Positions 45,022 to 56,604 are shown, counted from the first letter of the stretch. The stretch: DNA of 64,000 bases from Myxococcales bacterium (GCA_020633625.1 JACKDJ010000008.1:55881-119880), one strand, 5' to 3'. Notes: generated by a model from the letters alone, not told the origin. Translations and numbers: made by a program.

Positions 45022-47897
45022 TAGACCAGCGCGCCTACGGCGGCGAACGAGTTGCCGTCGAACACCGCGCCATAGCTGCGCGCGTCGTCGATGATCACGA
45101 TACGCCCGCCGAGCGAGGTCTGAACAACGCCGATCGCCGACGTCGATGGCCCGAGCAGCAGCTGGTTGTTGTCGGAGCTTCGCGCCCGGAAGTTCGAGTT
45201 CACCACGACGTCGATCGAGAAGCCCCGCGAGGCGAGCGTACGTCCGCCAAACGTCGGGTCGCACCCCTCGGGCTCACACGTCAGCGCGTGCGGCGACGCC
45301 GGCGGGTCGACCGAGAACGAGACGCCATAGGGCGACGAGTAAGCGTGACCGAGCGCCACGCGAGCGACCCACCGGTCGGCGTCGGAGCGAAGCACACACT
45401 GCCCGCCCTCGGTGCGGTACGGCGACGTCGACACGGCGCCGTCGCGCGCGACCAGCCATCCGCCAGCCCGTACCGTGACCTCGAGCGGCTCGCCGCCGCA
45501 GCCTACGGGAAGCTCGTCGATGGCGCCGGGGTCGGGGAGCGCCACGGGAGCGCCGTCGCAGCCGGCCGCGAACGTCGCTACACGCAGGCCGTGCGCGTCG
45601 AGTCCGCAGACTAGCAGCTCACGCGCTCGACGGTCGCTCGAGTCGCGCGCGAGCGGGGCGCACGCAGAGGACGCACCGGAGCCCGCGAAGTTGCCGCGCT
45701 CGATCAGCACCGTGTCGCCGGGAAGCACGCCGAGAGAGCAAACATCCAGCGCCGTCGAGCACGCGCTCGGGCACAGCGCGCAGACGTCGAGCCCCGCGCT
45801 GCACACGTCTGCGTCGCGCGTGCACGCTGCCGCCAGATCCGGGCACCGGTCGGCGTCGACGATGCCCGAGGAGCAGACCTGGGTCGGCGCGGACTCGCAC
45901 GGGTCGTCGGCGGCGAAGCGGATCCAGCCGGTGCCCGCAGTCTCGGACGCGGATAGGATCGCGTCGGAGCGATTGGAACCCGCGATCTCACCCTCGAACT
46001 CGACGCGCCAGGTGCCACCGGCGATCGCGTAGTCGTCGGGGATCTCGACCTCCGCGAGCGGCGTGTCGTCGCCGAGGCCGACACCGATTCTCGACGCCAG
46101 ATCGACAAACTCGCTGGGGTCTCCGGTGGAGTAGTGCGAAGCGTCGGCGCTCACGTCGTCGCCGCGCCGGCGCACGAGCGACGGCGTGGCCGGGTCGTCG
46201 CAGCCCACCGGGTTCGGCGCCGAGACGCTGCCGACGAACGGAATCGAGCACCCCAAGCGCTCGACGGTCGCAGAGGTCGACAGCAGGTCGATCGGCCGGA
46301 GCGGCGCGTCATACCAGCGCGTGTCGTCGCCAGCGATCGTGTACGTGTCGTCGAGGATCAACGTGTCCGCAAATGAGTTGTCGCCGGCCACGTGGACCAT
46401 CCGGAGCGTGCGCTCATAGGCGTCCCCGGCAGAGGTCACTCCCGAGACCCGAGCTGTCTGCGCGGCCGCCGCGAACGGGAAGGGCGACGAGAGCAGGATG
46501 CCCGGGCCGGGTCGACGGTCGTTGCCGACGCCCGCAGCCACCGGCGTGAGCGTGGCGGTGTCGAACACACGAGCGTCGCCGCTGGCGCGATCCACGACGA
46601 CCAACAGGTCCTCGGTGTCGGTCAGGACGAGCGCGACCGGCTGCGCGGGGCGCGGGGGGGACTCGCGGTCGGAGCCGGGCGCGAGGCAGTCCGGATCGTC
46701 GGGCCAGTCGACCGCGCCGTCACCGTCGTCGTCGACGCCGTTCGAACAGCGGGGCTGCGCGGTCTGATCGGTTGCCTGGGAGGCGACCTCGATCCCCGAA
46801 GCCGTGAACTCGGTCACGTCGTCGAACGCCGCTCCCTCACTTCGATCGTCTGCGGCCACGCAGTCAGGGTCATCGCCGTCGACGGCTCCGTCGCCGTCGT
46901 CGTCGATCCCGTTGGTGCAGGCGCTGAGGGCAGTGGGGCGAACGCAGGGCTCGCTGTCGCACGTCGCCGAGAGGTCCGTGACCGCGAGACCGGCCTCGTC
47001 GTCCCCGTCGTCGATGCACTGCGGGTCGTCGCCGTCGATGAGCCCGTCGCCGTCATTGTCGACGCCGTCGGTGCACGGGTCGCCGAGCGGCAGGAGGGCG
47101 GCCCAGCACGGCGTGCCGCCGCAGAGGTCGTCGACGGCGGGTGGGAGGAGCGCGCCAACGTGTACGGGGCCGCCGGCGGTCAGAGCCGCCCAGATGCGTC
47201 CGGACCCATCGAGCTGCACATTGGTGACCGGGCCCAGGCCGTCGAGCGTGGCGCCCCACGACAGCGTCGCCGACGTGGTGCACGACGCCGCGCGCGTCCG
47301 TGGCGCCGTCGAGCCGCAGCTGACATCGAGTGTGCCGACCCGCAGGGAGCCCGCGAGAGCGTCGTCGACGACGAAGACGACCCCGGTGTCCGTGGAGCGC
47401 GCGGCAAACAGGCTGGCCGGCGTGTCGAGCTCGACCGCGAGCGCGCCGCCGCCATCGCCGCCGACCGCGGTGACGTGCCCACCGAACGTGTCTGCCACAG
47501 ACAGCGACGGGGGCGACTCGGACAGGGTCAAGAATACGCCGGGGATCGACGTCGCCTCGACGGAAACAGGACCCTCGGGGACTACGACGCCGGTCACGCC
47601 AGGGATCGCGTCATCCTGGTCGACCAGCGACGTGCTGAGCGCGCGCACCGGGACCGACAATTCGTGAAGAAAGCGGTCGCCCCGGTTCGCCACCGCCGCG
47701 ATCACCCGCTCGGCGCCGCTGCACGTCTCGCCATCCACCAGCAGCGTGGACTCGCCGAGGGTCGTCGTCGATAGGCACAAGCGCTGGAGCGCGACCCCGG
47801 ACGGAGAGTCCAGCGTCGCCGGTGCGGTCGGGCGCGGGTTCTGGCATGCGGCGGTCAGCAGCAGCGCCGCCGCGGGCGCGAGTTGACGAGGCGTCAA
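45018..47897 (-). CDS. Large lipoprotein with three acidic Cys-bounded DxDGDG (calcium-binding-like) motifs
   Basis: TTG start with lipobox LLLTAAC. CTDGVDNDGDGLIDGDDPQC, CTNGIDDDGDGAVDGDDPDC, CSNGVDDDGDGAVDWPDDPDC. Confidence 0.8.
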   Translation of the reverse strand: MTPRQLAPAAALLLTAACQNPRPTAPATLDSPSGVALQRLCLSTTTLGESTLLVDGETCSGAERVIAAVANRGDRFLHELSVPVRALSTSLVDQDDAIPGVTGVVVPEGPVSVEATSIPGVFLTLSESPPSLSVADTFGGHVTAVGGDGGGALAVELDTPASLFAARSTDTGVVFVVDDALAGSLRVGTLDVSCGSTAPRTRAASCTTSATLSWGATLDGLGPVTNVQLDGSGRIWAALTAGGPVHVGALLPPAVDDLCGGTPCWAALLPLGDPCTDGVDNDGDGLIDGDDPQCIDDGDDEAGLAVTDLSATCDSEPCVRPTALSACTNGIDDDGDGAVDGDDPDCVAADDRSEGAAFDDVTEFTASGIEVASQATDQTAQPRCSNGVDDDGDGAVDWPDDPDCLAPGSDRESPPRPAQPVALVLTDTEDLLVVVDRASGDARVFDTATLTPVAAGVGNDRRPGPGILLSSPFPFAAAAQTARVSGVTSAGDAYERTLRMVHVAGDNSFADTLILDDTYTIAGDDTRWYDAPLRPIDLLSTSATVERLGCSIPFVGSVSAPNPVGCDDPATPSLVRRRGDDVSADASHYSTGDPSEFVDLASRIGVGLGDDTPLAEVEIPDDYAIAGGTWRVEFEGEIAGSNRSDAILSASETAGTGWIRFAADDPCESAPTQVCSSGIVDADRCPDLAAACTRDADVCSAGLDVCALCPSACSTALDVCSLGVLPGDTVLIERGNFAGSGASSACAPLARDSSDRRARELLVCGLDAHGLRVATFAAGCDGAPVALPDPGAIDELPVGCGGEPLEVTVRAGGWLVARDGAVSTSPYRTEGGQCVLRSDADRWVARVALGHAYSSPYGVSFSVDPPASPHALTCEPEGCDPTFGGRTLASRGFSIDVVVNSNFRARSSDNNQLLLGPSTSAIGVVQTSLGGRIVIIDDARSYGAVFDGNSFAAVGALVY

Positions 47898-49183
47898 GGT
47901 GAGCTCCGCGTCACCGTTCGGAACGTGGGCGACGTCGGGTCCAGATCGACGCGGGACACCGCGTGGGCCGCGAACATGCCGACGAAGAGGGCGTGCCGCT
48001 CTGAGTCGAGCGCGAGTCCGTAAGGGTCACCGTCGAGCGCGATCGTTGCCAGCTTGACTCCCGAGGTAGCGTCGAAAACGCCGAGCGCCTCGTCGCTCGA
48101 GAGCGACACATACAGCACATCCCGATCGCCCTCGCGCGCCACCACCAGCTCACCGGCGCCGCCGTCGACGTCGATCCGCCGGAGTACGTCCGCGCGCGGG
48201 AGACCGTCGTCATCGAGCGTCATGTCGACGACGAAGATGGCGCCCGGTGTGCGGGTCGACACGTAGGCGGTCCCGAGGTCGCCCGAGAACGCGATGTCAC
48301 GCGACTCCGCGAGGCTCACGCCGCTCCGGTTGACGGCGTGCACCGGGAGCAGCGCGAGCGACGTGACCGCAGCTTCTACGACCACGCCCGACTCGGGAGC
48401 CGCCGGATCGAACACCGGCGTCACACCGCGCACGCCCTGGCTGAACCGGCCGGTCACCCAGGTCTCGCCGCTCGTCGGCAGGTAGCGCACCGCGCTGGCG
48501 CCCCCGGACGTGAGCTCGGACCGGACGCTCGACTCGCCGAGGGCGCTCGGGCCCGCCGACCAGTCGAGCGTGACGTAGCTCAGGGCGCCGCCGAGCCCCG
48601 CCACTGCGACTAGCTCCGTGGTCTCGGGCGAGTCAGCGGAGAGGGGTATCGAAGCCACCGAGAACGGGTCGCCGGGGAGGTCCAGGATGCGGCACGGGAG
48701 CCCGTCCTCGCGCCCCTCGCAGCGCACGGTCCGCCCGTCGTCTGCGAGCGACAGCGCCACGAGCGACTGGTCACCGCGCACGGCGACGTAGAGATGTGAC
48801 GGGTCCGCCGCCGCCGACAGCGCGACGCCGCCGGCGAAGCTGCCGATCCGGACGCCGCTCGACGACACCGGCGTCAGAGTCTCGGCGTCGAGCACCACGA
48901 CCGACCCGCCGTCGCGCTCGCGGAACGAGACGTCGAAGTTCGAGTTCGTCACGTAGAGGTAGCGGCCGTTCGGGTGCACCGCGAGGCCGACCGGGTAGCG
49001 AATCTCGTCCAGAGAGGGTGTCGGCCCCTCGTACTCCGAGCACCCCGAGAGCGCGCCGAGGCTCAGCGCCGCAGTCACGAGGAACGCCGCTCGTCGCGTC
49101 GTGGTGGGGCCCGATCGATGGGGGCCGAGCCGAGCCGCTAGGGGCCGAGCCGTGTGGGGCCGAGTTGTGTCCGAGCCGTGCAT
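47894..49183 (-). CDS. Beta-propeller (YVTN-repeat-like) lipoprotein
   Basis: ATG at 49183. Lipobox LGALSGC. VGLAVHPNGRYLYVTNSN and repeated similar blades. Confidence 0.8.
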   Translation of the reverse strand: MHGSDTTRPHTARPLAARLGPHRSGPTTTRRAAFLVTAALSLGALSGCSEYEGPTPSLDEIRYPVGLAVHPNGRYLYVTNSNFDVSFRERDGGSVVVLDAETLTPVSSSGVRIGSFAGGVALSAAADPSHLYVAVRGDQSLVALSLADDGRTVRCEGREDGLPCRILDLPGDPFSVASIPLSADSPETTELVAVAGLGGALSYVTLDWSAGPSALGESSVRSELTSGGASAVRYLPTSGETWVTGRFSQGVRGVTPVFDPAAPESGVVVEAAVTSLALLPVHAVNRSGVSLAESRDIAFSGDLGTAYVSTRTPGAIFVVDMTLDDDGLPRADVLRRIDVDGGAGELVVAREGDRDVLYVSLSSDEALGVFDATSGVKLATIALDGDPYGLALDSERHALFVGMFAAHAVSRVDLDPTSPTFRTVTRSSP

Positions 49184-49239
49184 CGCCGCTCCGATACCAG
49201 CAGAGCCAATGTGAGTCGAGCACCGCCCGCGCACGTCAG

Positions 49240-51858
49240 TCACCGCTGCGCCGCCGCGACGCGCGCGATCGGGACCCGGTACGGCGAGCACGAGACGTAG
49301 TCGACGAGCCCGCGCTGCAACCACCGCACGCTGCGCGGCTCGCCGGCGTGCTCGCCGCAGATGCCGATCGTGATCTCCGGCTTCTGCTTTCGGGCAAGGC
49401 GACACGCGAGCTCGATCAATCCGCCGACCCCGTCGACGTCGAGCACCACGAACGGGTCGTCCTTCACGAGGCCGCGTTCGATGTACGCTGGTAAGAATGT
49501 CGCGACGTCATCGCGCGAGAATCCAAAGACCGTCTGAGTGAGATCGTTGGTCCCGAAGCTCAGAAAGTCCGCGTGGGCCGCGATCGCGTCCGCCGTGGCG
49601 CAGGCGCGGGGGAGCTCGATCATGGCACCCACCGGGATCGCCCGAAGACGCTCGCCGCGCTCTCCGTACTCCCCCGCCACCGCCTCGATCCGAGCCCGGA
49701 TCGCGACCAGCTCTTCGGCCATCGACACCAACGGCACGAGGATCTGCGGGCGCGGGTCGAGCCCCTCGGCCCAAAGTGACAGCGCCGCGTCGAAGATCGC
49801 CCGCGTCTGCATCTCGTAGATCTCCGGGTGCGAGATCGCGAGCCGGCAGCCGCGGTGGCCGAGCATCGGGTTCTTCTCGTGCAGGCGCGCGACGAGCCCG
49901 CGGATCGCCGCCGGCGGGCGCCCCATGGACCGGCCGAGCGCCTCGATGTCTTCGCGGCGCTCCGGCAGGAACTCGTGCAGCGGAGGGTCGAGCAGCCGAA
50001 TCGTGACCGGCAGCCCGTCCATCACCCGAAAGATGCCTTCGAAGTCGCGGCGCTGGAACGGGCGGAGGCGCTCGAGCGCGGCCGCGCGCGCGGCCGGGGA
50101 GTCCGCCACGATCATCTCGCGCATCACGTGGATGCGGTCGCCGTCGAAGAACATGTGCTCGGTCCGCGCCAGCCCGATGCCCTCCGCGCCGAACCGGCGA
50201 CCCCGCTCCGCGTCCTCGACGGTGTCCGCGTTCGCGCAGACACCGACAGTGCGCCGCTCGTCCGCCCACCTCAGCAGCGTGTCGAGCGCCGGCGACATCG
50301 AAGCTTCGACCGTCGCGATCTGCCCCAGGAGCACCGACCCGGTCGAGCCGTCGAGCGTGATCGCGTCGCCGGCCGCGAGGCGAACGCCGCCGATGGTCAC
50401 GGTCTGGCCGCGCAGGTCGATCTCGAGGTCGCCGCAGCCGGCGACGCACGTCTTCCCCATCTGGCGCGCGACGACGGCCGCGTGGCTCGTGATCCCGCCG
50501 CGCGCGGTGAGCACGCCCCGCGCCGCGATCATGCCGCGGATGTCGTCCGGCGTGGTCTCGTGGCGAACGAGGATGACGCTGCGGCCGGCCTCGTGCGCCG
50601 CTTCGGCGTCGGCGGCCGTCAGCACGATCGCCCCCGTCACGGCGCCAGGACTCGCCGCCAGACCCTTCGCGAGGAGGGTCCGCGGCGCGCTCGGGTCCAG
50701 CGACGGGTGGAGCAGCGCGTCGAGGCTGCGCGGGCGAATGCGCGCCAGCGCCTGCTCCGCCGTGAGAACACCGGCGTCGACGAGCTCGACCGTCGCTCGA
50801 ACCGTGCCTGCGGGTGACAACGTCGCTTCGCGACAGCCGAGCAGCCAGAGAGCGCCGCGCTCGACGCCGAACTGCACCTCCTGCGCGGCGCCGAAGTGCC
50901 CCTCGAGGACGCCGCCCAGCGCTCCTAGCTGCTGCCACACGCCGGGCATCAGCTCCTGCAGGCTCGTCTCTGCCAGCCCAATCCCGGAGATCGGCTGCGG
51001 CGTCGTCGGCGGCTCGCCGCCGCGACGCCCGCGGACGAACTCACCGCACCGCTGCGGGGCACCGGTCACGGGGTCGCGCGTACTCATCGTGCCGCTCACA
51101 GAGTCGGCACCAAACTCTGATTGGATCCACACGTGGACGACAGCGGCCGGAGCCCCGATATGCTCCGTTCCGCTGGCCGCGCGCAACGCGAGACCTTCTG
51201 GTCCGCGCCACGCTCGGGCCGTGGCCCGGAGCGCTGCCTCGATCTGGGCGACGGGAGTCGCAGGGATCGGGTGACCCGTGTGCTCCAAGTACAGCCGCTC
51301 GTAGCGCGCCGCAAGCGAGTCGAGTTGCTCTGCGTTGAGCTGGTGGTCGTGGCGAACGCCGGCGGCGCTCTTCTCGGCGTACAGCTCCTCTTCGAAGTAG
51401 TACGGGTCGATGCCTCCGACCGCGGAACCAAACATCTGCGTGAACCGACACCGTAGCTCGGCGGCCGCGCGGCGGTCACCGAGTCGAGCGCCGAGCGCGG
51501 TTGCCGCGGCCTCGTCGAGCCCGATCCCGAGGATCGGCTCGAGCAAGCCGCGTGCGGCCACCGGCGGGCTCGGGCGAAACACGAGCAGGGGCGGCGCGCC
51601 GTCGGTCGATGCGTCGCGTAGCAGCGCAGAGACCGCTTCGTCGAGAGCGGCGCCGTCGACTCCGCCGGAGCCACTCCCGTGCGCCGCGGTCACGACGAAG
51701 CCGCGCGGGACGGGCAGCCCGAGACCGGATAACGCGCTGAGCTCCGCCCCCGGATGCCCGGCCAAGTCTACGCCGAGCGACTCGCCCTGCGCATCACCCC
51801 CTCGCAGCTCGACGACGCGAGCTGCTGTGGGGGCTTGCGTGGGCGAGTGGGCGCTCAT
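49240..51858 (-). CDS. ppdK: Pyruvate, phosphate dikinase
   Basis: 872 aa. Phosphohistidine site GGITSHAAVVARQMGKTCV, PEP-utilising C-terminal TIM barrel (FLSFGTNDLTQ). Confidence 0.95.
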   Translation of the reverse strand: MSAHSPTQAPTAARVVELRGGDAQGESLGVDLAGHPGAELSALSGLGLPVPRGFVVTAAHGSGSGGVDGAALDEAVSALLRDASTDGAPPLLVFRPSPPVAARGLLEPILGIGLDEAAATALGARLGDRRAAAELRCRFTQMFGSAVGGIDPYYFEEELYAEKSAAGVRHDHQLNAEQLDSLAARYERLYLEHTGHPIPATPVAQIEAALRATARAWRGPEGLALRAASGTEHIGAPAAVVHVWIQSEFGADSVSGTMSTRDPVTGAPQRCGEFVRGRRGGEPPTTPQPISGIGLAETSLQELMPGVWQQLGALGGVLEGHFGAAQEVQFGVERGALWLLGCREATLSPAGTVRATVELVDAGVLTAEQALARIRPRSLDALLHPSLDPSAPRTLLAKGLAASPGAVTGAIVLTAADAEAAHEAGRSVILVRHETTPDDIRGMIAARGVLTARGGITSHAAVVARQMGKTCVAGCGDLEIDLRGQTVTIGGVRLAAGDAITLDGSTGSVLLGQIATVEASMSPALDTLLRWADERRTVGVCANADTVEDAERGRRFGAEGIGLARTEHMFFDGDRIHVMREMIVADSPAARAAALERLRPFQRRDFEGIFRVMDGLPVTIRLLDPPLHEFLPERREDIEALGRSMGRPPAAIRGLVARLHEKNPMLGHRGCRLAISHPEIYEMQTRAIFDAALSLWAEGLDPRPQILVPLVSMAEELVAIRARIEAVAGEYGERGERLRAIPVGAMIELPRACATADAIAAHADFLSFGTNDLTQTVFGFSRDDVATFLPAYIERGLVKDDPFVVLDVDGVGGLIELACRLARKQKPEITIGICGEHAGEPRSVRWLQRGLVDYVSCSPYRVPIARVAAAQR

Positions 51859-53963
51859 CCCTCGCGAGCCGCGCGGCTCTCTGTTTGCACGCGCGAGAGG
51901 TCGGCGAACTGGAAGAAGAGCGCGCGCACGCCAGACAGGAGCCGCAGCCGGTTGTCGCGGACGGTCGGGTCTTCAGCGTTGACCAAGACGCCGTCGAAGA
52001 ACCGGTCGATGCTCGGCTTCATCGCGATGAGCGTAGCGGCCACCGCCTCGAACCGGCGGGCGGCCACCGCGGCGGACACCTCGGGAGCCGCCGCAGCCAC
52101 GGCCGCCGCGAGCTCACGCTCGGCGTCGTGCTCGAACATGGCGGCGCTGGGCCCGACCGCGAGCGTCTCTGCCGAGACGCCCTCGTCGGAGGCCTTGCGC
52201 AGGATGTTTACCGTGCGCTTGAACGCGGCGGCCAGCGGCTCGAAGTCTGCGTTCTGCCGCATGCGGTCGAGCGTCTGCGCGCGGGCGGCCGCCGACGCGA
52301 GGTCGGCGCCGACCGACTGTGCGACCGCGTCGGCGATGTCCGTCGCCGACTCGGCCGCGAGCAATGCGCGGAGCCGCGCGACGACGAACTCCACACACTG
52401 GGCCGTGATCGCCGCAGCGTCGATGCCTGCCACCGGCTGCAGCGCGACGGCGGCCGCGAAGGCGCTCGGCAGGTCGAGCTGAACGTCTCGAACCATACAC
52501 GTTCGCAGCAGCCCGATCGCCGCGCGCCGCAGCGCATACGGGTCTGCGCTGCCGCTGGGGACCAGGCCGAGCGCGAAGCAGCCGGCGATGGCGTCGAGCT
52601 TGTCGGCGAGTGACAGGATGACGCCCGCCGGGCTCGTGGGCGGAGCGTCGCTCGCGCCGCGCGGGCTGTAGTGCTCCTCGATCGCCGCGGCGACGCCCTC
52701 CGGTTCCCCGGCGAGGAGCGCGTAGTAGCGACCCATCGTCCCCTGCAGCGTGGGGAACTCGTAGACCATGCCCGTCGTCAGATCGGCCTTGCAGAGCGTC
52801 GCCGCGCGCTTGGCCGTCGCCGCGTCCGCGCTCGAGAGCCGTCCGGCCGCGAGCGTCGTGACCTGCGCCTCGATCCGTGCGGCGCGGTCGCGCAGCGAGC
52901 CGAGCCCGTCGATGTAGCGGATCGACTCGAGGCGAGGCAGCCGCTCCTCGAGTGTGTGCTTGCGGTCCTCGCGATAGAAGAACTTCGCGTCTTCGAGACG
53001 CGCGAGGAGCACGCGCAGGTTTCCGCGCACGACCACGTCGGGGTCGGGCACGACCATATTGCTGACGAACACGAAGAGGTTCGTCAGACGCCCGGCCGCG
53101 TCCTCGCTCGCAAAGTAGCGCTGGTGGCTCCGCATCGAGGTGATCAGGACCTCGCGCGGGACCTCGAGCAGCTCTTCGGGGAAGCGCCCAACCAGCGCAA
53201 CCGGCCACTCGACGAGATGCTTCACCTCGTCGGCGAGCTCGGAGTCCTCGATCAAGTTCGCGCCGGCCGAAGCGGCCGCGGCGGCGACCTCGCGCAAGAC
53301 GGTCGCCTTGCGCTCCTCGACGTCGACGACGACCTTCGCCGCGCGCAGCGCGGCCTCGTAGTCGTCGGGCGACGCCAGCGTGACGGCGCCGGGCGCGAGG
53401 AACCGATGGCCGCGCGACTCGCGTCCGGCCGTGACGCCCGCAAACGACATCGGCAGCACCTGCTCCCCCAGCAGCGCCACGATCCAGTGGACCGGGCGAG
53501 CAAACGACACGGTCTCCCAACCCCAGCGCATCGACCGCTTCCACGGGATCGAATCGAACGCCGCGTTGAGCGCCGCGCCGAGCACGTCTGCCGCGCTCGC
53601 ACCCTCGTGGCGCACGGTCGCCGCTACGTAGTCGCCCTTCGGCGTCGAGACGCGAAAGAGCGCCGACGGGTCGAGGCCCTTGCCGCGCGCGAAGCCGATC
53701 GCGGCCTTCGTAGGGTTCCCCGCGTCGTCGAACGCGACCTTTGCGGCCGGCCCGGTGACGGTCTCCTCGATGGTCTCGGCGATCGCGGCGACGTCGCTGA
53801 CGCGGAGCGCGAGCCGTCGCGGCGTCGCGAAGCCCTGGACCGGGCCGATCGGGAGGCGCGCCGCGGCGGCGGCCCGTTCGACGTGGGCGACCAGTGCGGC
53901 GAGCGCGCCGTCGATCTCGCCCGGGGGAAGCTCTTCGGTGCCAATCTCGAACAGCAGCTTCAC
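51855..53963 (-). CDS. glyS: Glycine--tRNA ligase beta subunit
   Basis: [14 protein letters not shown]..., 702 aa, coupled to glyQ. Confidence 0.95.
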   Translation of the reverse strand: MKLLFEIGTEELPPGEIDGALAALVAHVERAAAAARLPIGPVQGFATPRRLALRVSDVAAIAETIEETVTGPAAKVAFDDAGNPTKAAIGFARGKGLDPSALFRVSTPKGDYVAATVRHEGASAADVLGAALNAAFDSIPWKRSMRWGWETVSFARPVHWIVALLGEQVLPMSFAGVTAGRESRGHRFLAPGAVTLASPDDYEAALRAAKVVVDVEERKATVLREVAAAAASAGANLIEDSELADEVKHLVEWPVALVGRFPEELLEVPREVLITSMRSHQRYFASEDAAGRLTNLFVFVSNMVVPDPDVVVRGNLRVLLARLEDAKFFYREDRKHTLEERLPRLESIRYIDGLGSLRDRAARIEAQVTTLAAGRLSSADAATAKRAATLCKADLTTGMVYEFPTLQGTMGRYYALLAGEPEGVAAAIEEHYSPRGASDAPPTSPAGVILSLADKLDAIAGCFALGLVPSGSADPYALRRAAIGLLRTCMVRDVQLDLPSAFAAAVALQPVAGIDAAAITAQCVEFVVARLRALLAAESATDIADAVAQSVGADLASAAARAQTLDRMRQNADFEPLAAAFKRTVNILRKASDEGVSAETLAVGPSAAMFEHDAERELAAAVAAAAPEVSAAVAARRFEAVAATLIAMKPSIDRFFDGVLVNAEDPTVRDNRLRLLSGVRALFFQFADLSRVQTESRAAREG

Positions 53964-54886
53964 GCGGCACCTCCGTCGTTGTCTGCGGGGGCGGCGACGA
54001 AGCGGGCGCGGAGGGCCTCGTCACGCAGCATCGGGTAGCCGAGCGCCGCCCGCTTCGCGACGTAGGCTTCGGCGGCAGACTTGGCCATTCGGCGAACGCG
54101 AAGGATGAACTTCTGCCGCTCCGTCACCGAGATTGCGCCGCGCGCGTCGAGGACGTTGAACGCGTGCGAGCACTTCATGCAGAAGTCGTAGCCCGGCAGG
54201 ATCAGCCCCTCGCCGAGCAGGCGGAGCCCCTCGGCCTCGTACTCGTCGAAGTGGCGGAAGAGCAGGGCGGTGTCGGCCTGGTCGAAGTTGTAGTGGCTGA
54301 ACTCGACCTCGCCCTGCAGGTGCACGTCGGCGTACGAGACGCCCTTCGTCCACTGCAGGTCGACGAAGGTCTCGACGTCTTGCAGGTACATGCAGATGCG
54401 CTCGAGACCGTAGGTGATCTCGGCTGGGATCGGAGCGAGCGCGACGCCGCCGACCTGCTGAAAGTAGGTGAACTGGGTGATCTCCATCCCGTCCATCCAG
54501 ACCTCCCAGCCGAGGCCCCAGGCACCCTGAGAGGGGGCCTCCCAGTTGTCCTCGACAAACCGGATGTCGTGGCGCATCGGGTCGATGCCGACGGCGGCGA
54601 GCGAGCCGAGGTACAGGTCGAGGACGTCCTTCGGACTCGGCTTCAGCAGCACCTGGAACTGGTAGTAAGCCCCCCAGCGGTTCGGGTTCTCCCCATAGCG
54701 TCCGTCGGCCGGCCGTCGGCACGGCTCGACGTACGCGACGCTGAACGGCTCAGGGCCGAGCGCGCGGAGAAAGGTCGCAGGGTTGAAGGTCCCAGCGCCC
54801 TTCTCGATGTCGTAGGGCTGCTGAAGGACGCAGCCGTTGCGAGCCCAGTAGCCCTGCAGAGTGAGGATGAGGTCCTGGAAGTACAT
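53960..54886 (-). CDS. glyQ: Glycine--tRNA ligase alpha subunit
   Basis: [47 protein letters not shown]. Confidence 0.97.
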   Translation of the reverse strand: MYFQDLILTLQGYWARNGCVLQQPYDIEKGAGTFNPATFLRALGPEPFSVAYVEPCRRPADGRYGENPNRWGAYYQFQVLLKPSPKDVLDLYLGSLAAVGIDPMRHDIRFVEDNWEAPSQGAWGLGWEVWMDGMEITQFTYFQQVGGVALAPIPAEITYGLERICMYLQDVETFVDLQWTKGVSYADVHLQGEVEFSHYNFDQADTALLFRHFDEYEAEGLRLLGEGLILPGYDFCMKCSHAFNVLDARGAISVTERQKFILRVRRMAKSAAEAYVAKRAALGYPMLRDEALRARFVAAPADNDGGAA

Positions 54887-54954
54887 CGCCAGCGGGGGGG
54901 GAGAGCGGGGCCGTCGCCGCTACCACCGGGCCGCGCGCAGGTCAACGCGCCGCG

Positions 54955-55210
54955 TCGGACGGCCGCCGGGGCCCCGCCCCAGCCCCCGCCGGGGCCCCGC
55001 CCGAGGGAAGTTCGGGGCGGCCCGCCCGAGGGTAGTTTCCCCGCCCGCGCCGGGGCCCCGCCCGAGGGTAGTTCGGGGCGGCCCGCCTTCGGGGCGGCCC
55101 GCCCGAGGGTAGTTTCCGGGCGGCCCGCCCGAGGGAAGTTCCGGGCGGCCCGCCCGAGGGTAGTTTCCGAGGGTAGTTCCGGGCGGCCCGCCCGAGGGTA
55201 GTTTCCAGAC
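54955..55210 (+). repeat. REP array, plus orientation (8 G[T/A]AG-headed units with the gggcgg-c-ccgccc palindrome)
   Basis: Heads at about 55007 (GAAG), 55032, 55068, 55109, 55135 (GAAG), 55160, 55173 and 55198. Consensus unit GTAGTTTCCGGGCGGCCCGCCCGAGG. Immediately upstream of the RAYT gene. Confidence 0.85.
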
Positions 55211-55494
55211 GACCCGGGGGCCTCGACGTGAATCGCGTCGGCCCGCACGTACACGCAGGGTACCTGCCCGAGGGCAATGCCGTGACACCCGCCCGGGGTA
55301 CACCCACCCGCGGGCGATGCCGTGCCACCCGATGCCGTGACAGCTGCCCGAGGGCAACGTCGCCGACGCCCCCCTCGGGGTACTCGATGCGCGGGCCCCC
55401 CGTTCCTACTCACCCGGCGCCAGTTTCGTCGCTCGCCCACGCACCGCTCGCGCCTCCATGTCGAAGACGCGCCACCCGATGCTGGAGGCGCTCG

Positions 55495-56394
55495 ATGACA
55501 CCCCCGCGACAGATCCTCCCGAACACGAACTTCGAAGTCTGCACGCGCACGTTCGCGCGAACATTCCGGCTGCTGCCGACTCCCACGATCAAGAACGCGA
55601 TCCTGTACATCGTCGGAGTCGCCGCCCAGCGGTACAACATTGCGCTCTACGCGATGGTTGCGATGACCACGCACTACCACCTCGCGGGGCGCGATCGCGA
55701 CGGTCGACTCCCGGAGTTCATCCAGTACGTGAACTCACTGCTGGCGCGCGCGCTGAACGCTGAGCAAGGTCTGGACGACAAGTTCTGGTCGGGCGACGGG
55801 TATCACCTGCTGCGCCCGGAGTCGGCGGACGACCTGCTGCGGCGCCTCATCTACATCACCGCCAATCCGGTCGCCGCCGACCTGGTGAATCGAGCGACCG
55901 ACTACCCAGGCCTGCTCACTCGGCCCCGCGACATCGGCACCAACATCATCGCGAAGCGGCCGGACTTCTTCTTTCGCGACGGCGGGACCATGCAGGAGTC
56001 CGTCGAGCTCTGCTTCGAGGTCCCGCCCGAGTTTGCGCACCTCGGTCGCGACGAGTATGTCGCGCTCCTGGAGGCGAACCTGCGCGCAAAGGAACAGGAA
56101 CTCCGCGCCGAGCGAAAGGCGGAGGACCGTACTGTGATGGGCGCCGACCGTTGCCGGCAGGCGGCGCTCGGTCGCCACATCACGAAGTTTGAACAGTGGT
56201 TCCGACTGCGTCCCACGATCGCGGCGCGCGTAAAGCGCGAGCGCATCGCCGCGATCCGTGCGCTGCAGGCGTTTCGAGAGAGCTACTACGTCGCGCTCAA
56301 GGCTTGGCGCGATGGGCTGGACGCCCTGTTTCCGGTGGGCACATGGTGGCTTCCTCGGTTTGCCGGCGCGGCCGTCGGCGCAGCCGTCGGCTGA
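55495..56394 (+). CDS. REP-associated tyrosine transposase (RAYT; IS200/IS605-type Y1 HUH transposase family)
   Basis: ATG at 55495. HUH motif in MVAMTTHYHLAG. Catalytic-Tyr helix LLRRLIYITANPVAADLV. Flanked by inverted REP arrays. Confidence 0.8.
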   Translation: MTPPRQILPNTNFEVCTRTFARTFRLLPTPTIKNAILYIVGVAAQRYNIALYAMVAMTTHYHLAGRDRDGRLPEFIQYVNSLLARALNAEQGLDDKFWSGDGYHLLRPESADDLLRRLIYITANPVAADLVNRATDYPGLLTRPRDIGTNIIAKRPDFFFRDGGTMQESVELCFEVPPEFAHLGRDEYVALLEANLRAKEQELRAERKAEDRTVMGADRCRQAALGRHITKFEQWFRLRPTIAARVKRERIAAIRALQAFRESYYVALKAWRDGLDALFPVGTWWLPRFAGAAVGAAVG

Positions 56395-56604
56395 CCGCCG
56401 CTGCCTCGAGTCCGAATCTCCGGAGGGCTCCGCGGCGCCGTAGGGCGCGGCGGATTCGTGCGCGTGCGGCCGCGCTTCAGGCTGTGACGGACAGCGCCTC
56501 ACGCGCTGCGGCAGCTCGTCCTCGCGTCCCAGTGCCCCGCCCGCGCCCCGAACGCGCAATTCGGAGGGGAAGCGCAGGCCACACCGCTCGCAGGGTTGGT
56601 CACT

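Noticed and set aside
54955-55210. Possible CRISPR array (regularly spaced G+C-rich repeats)
   Set aside because: The units are contiguous or separated by only a few nt, with no unique spacers of uniform length. There are no cas genes. The units flank a Y1 transposase in inverted orientation, which makes this a REP array.
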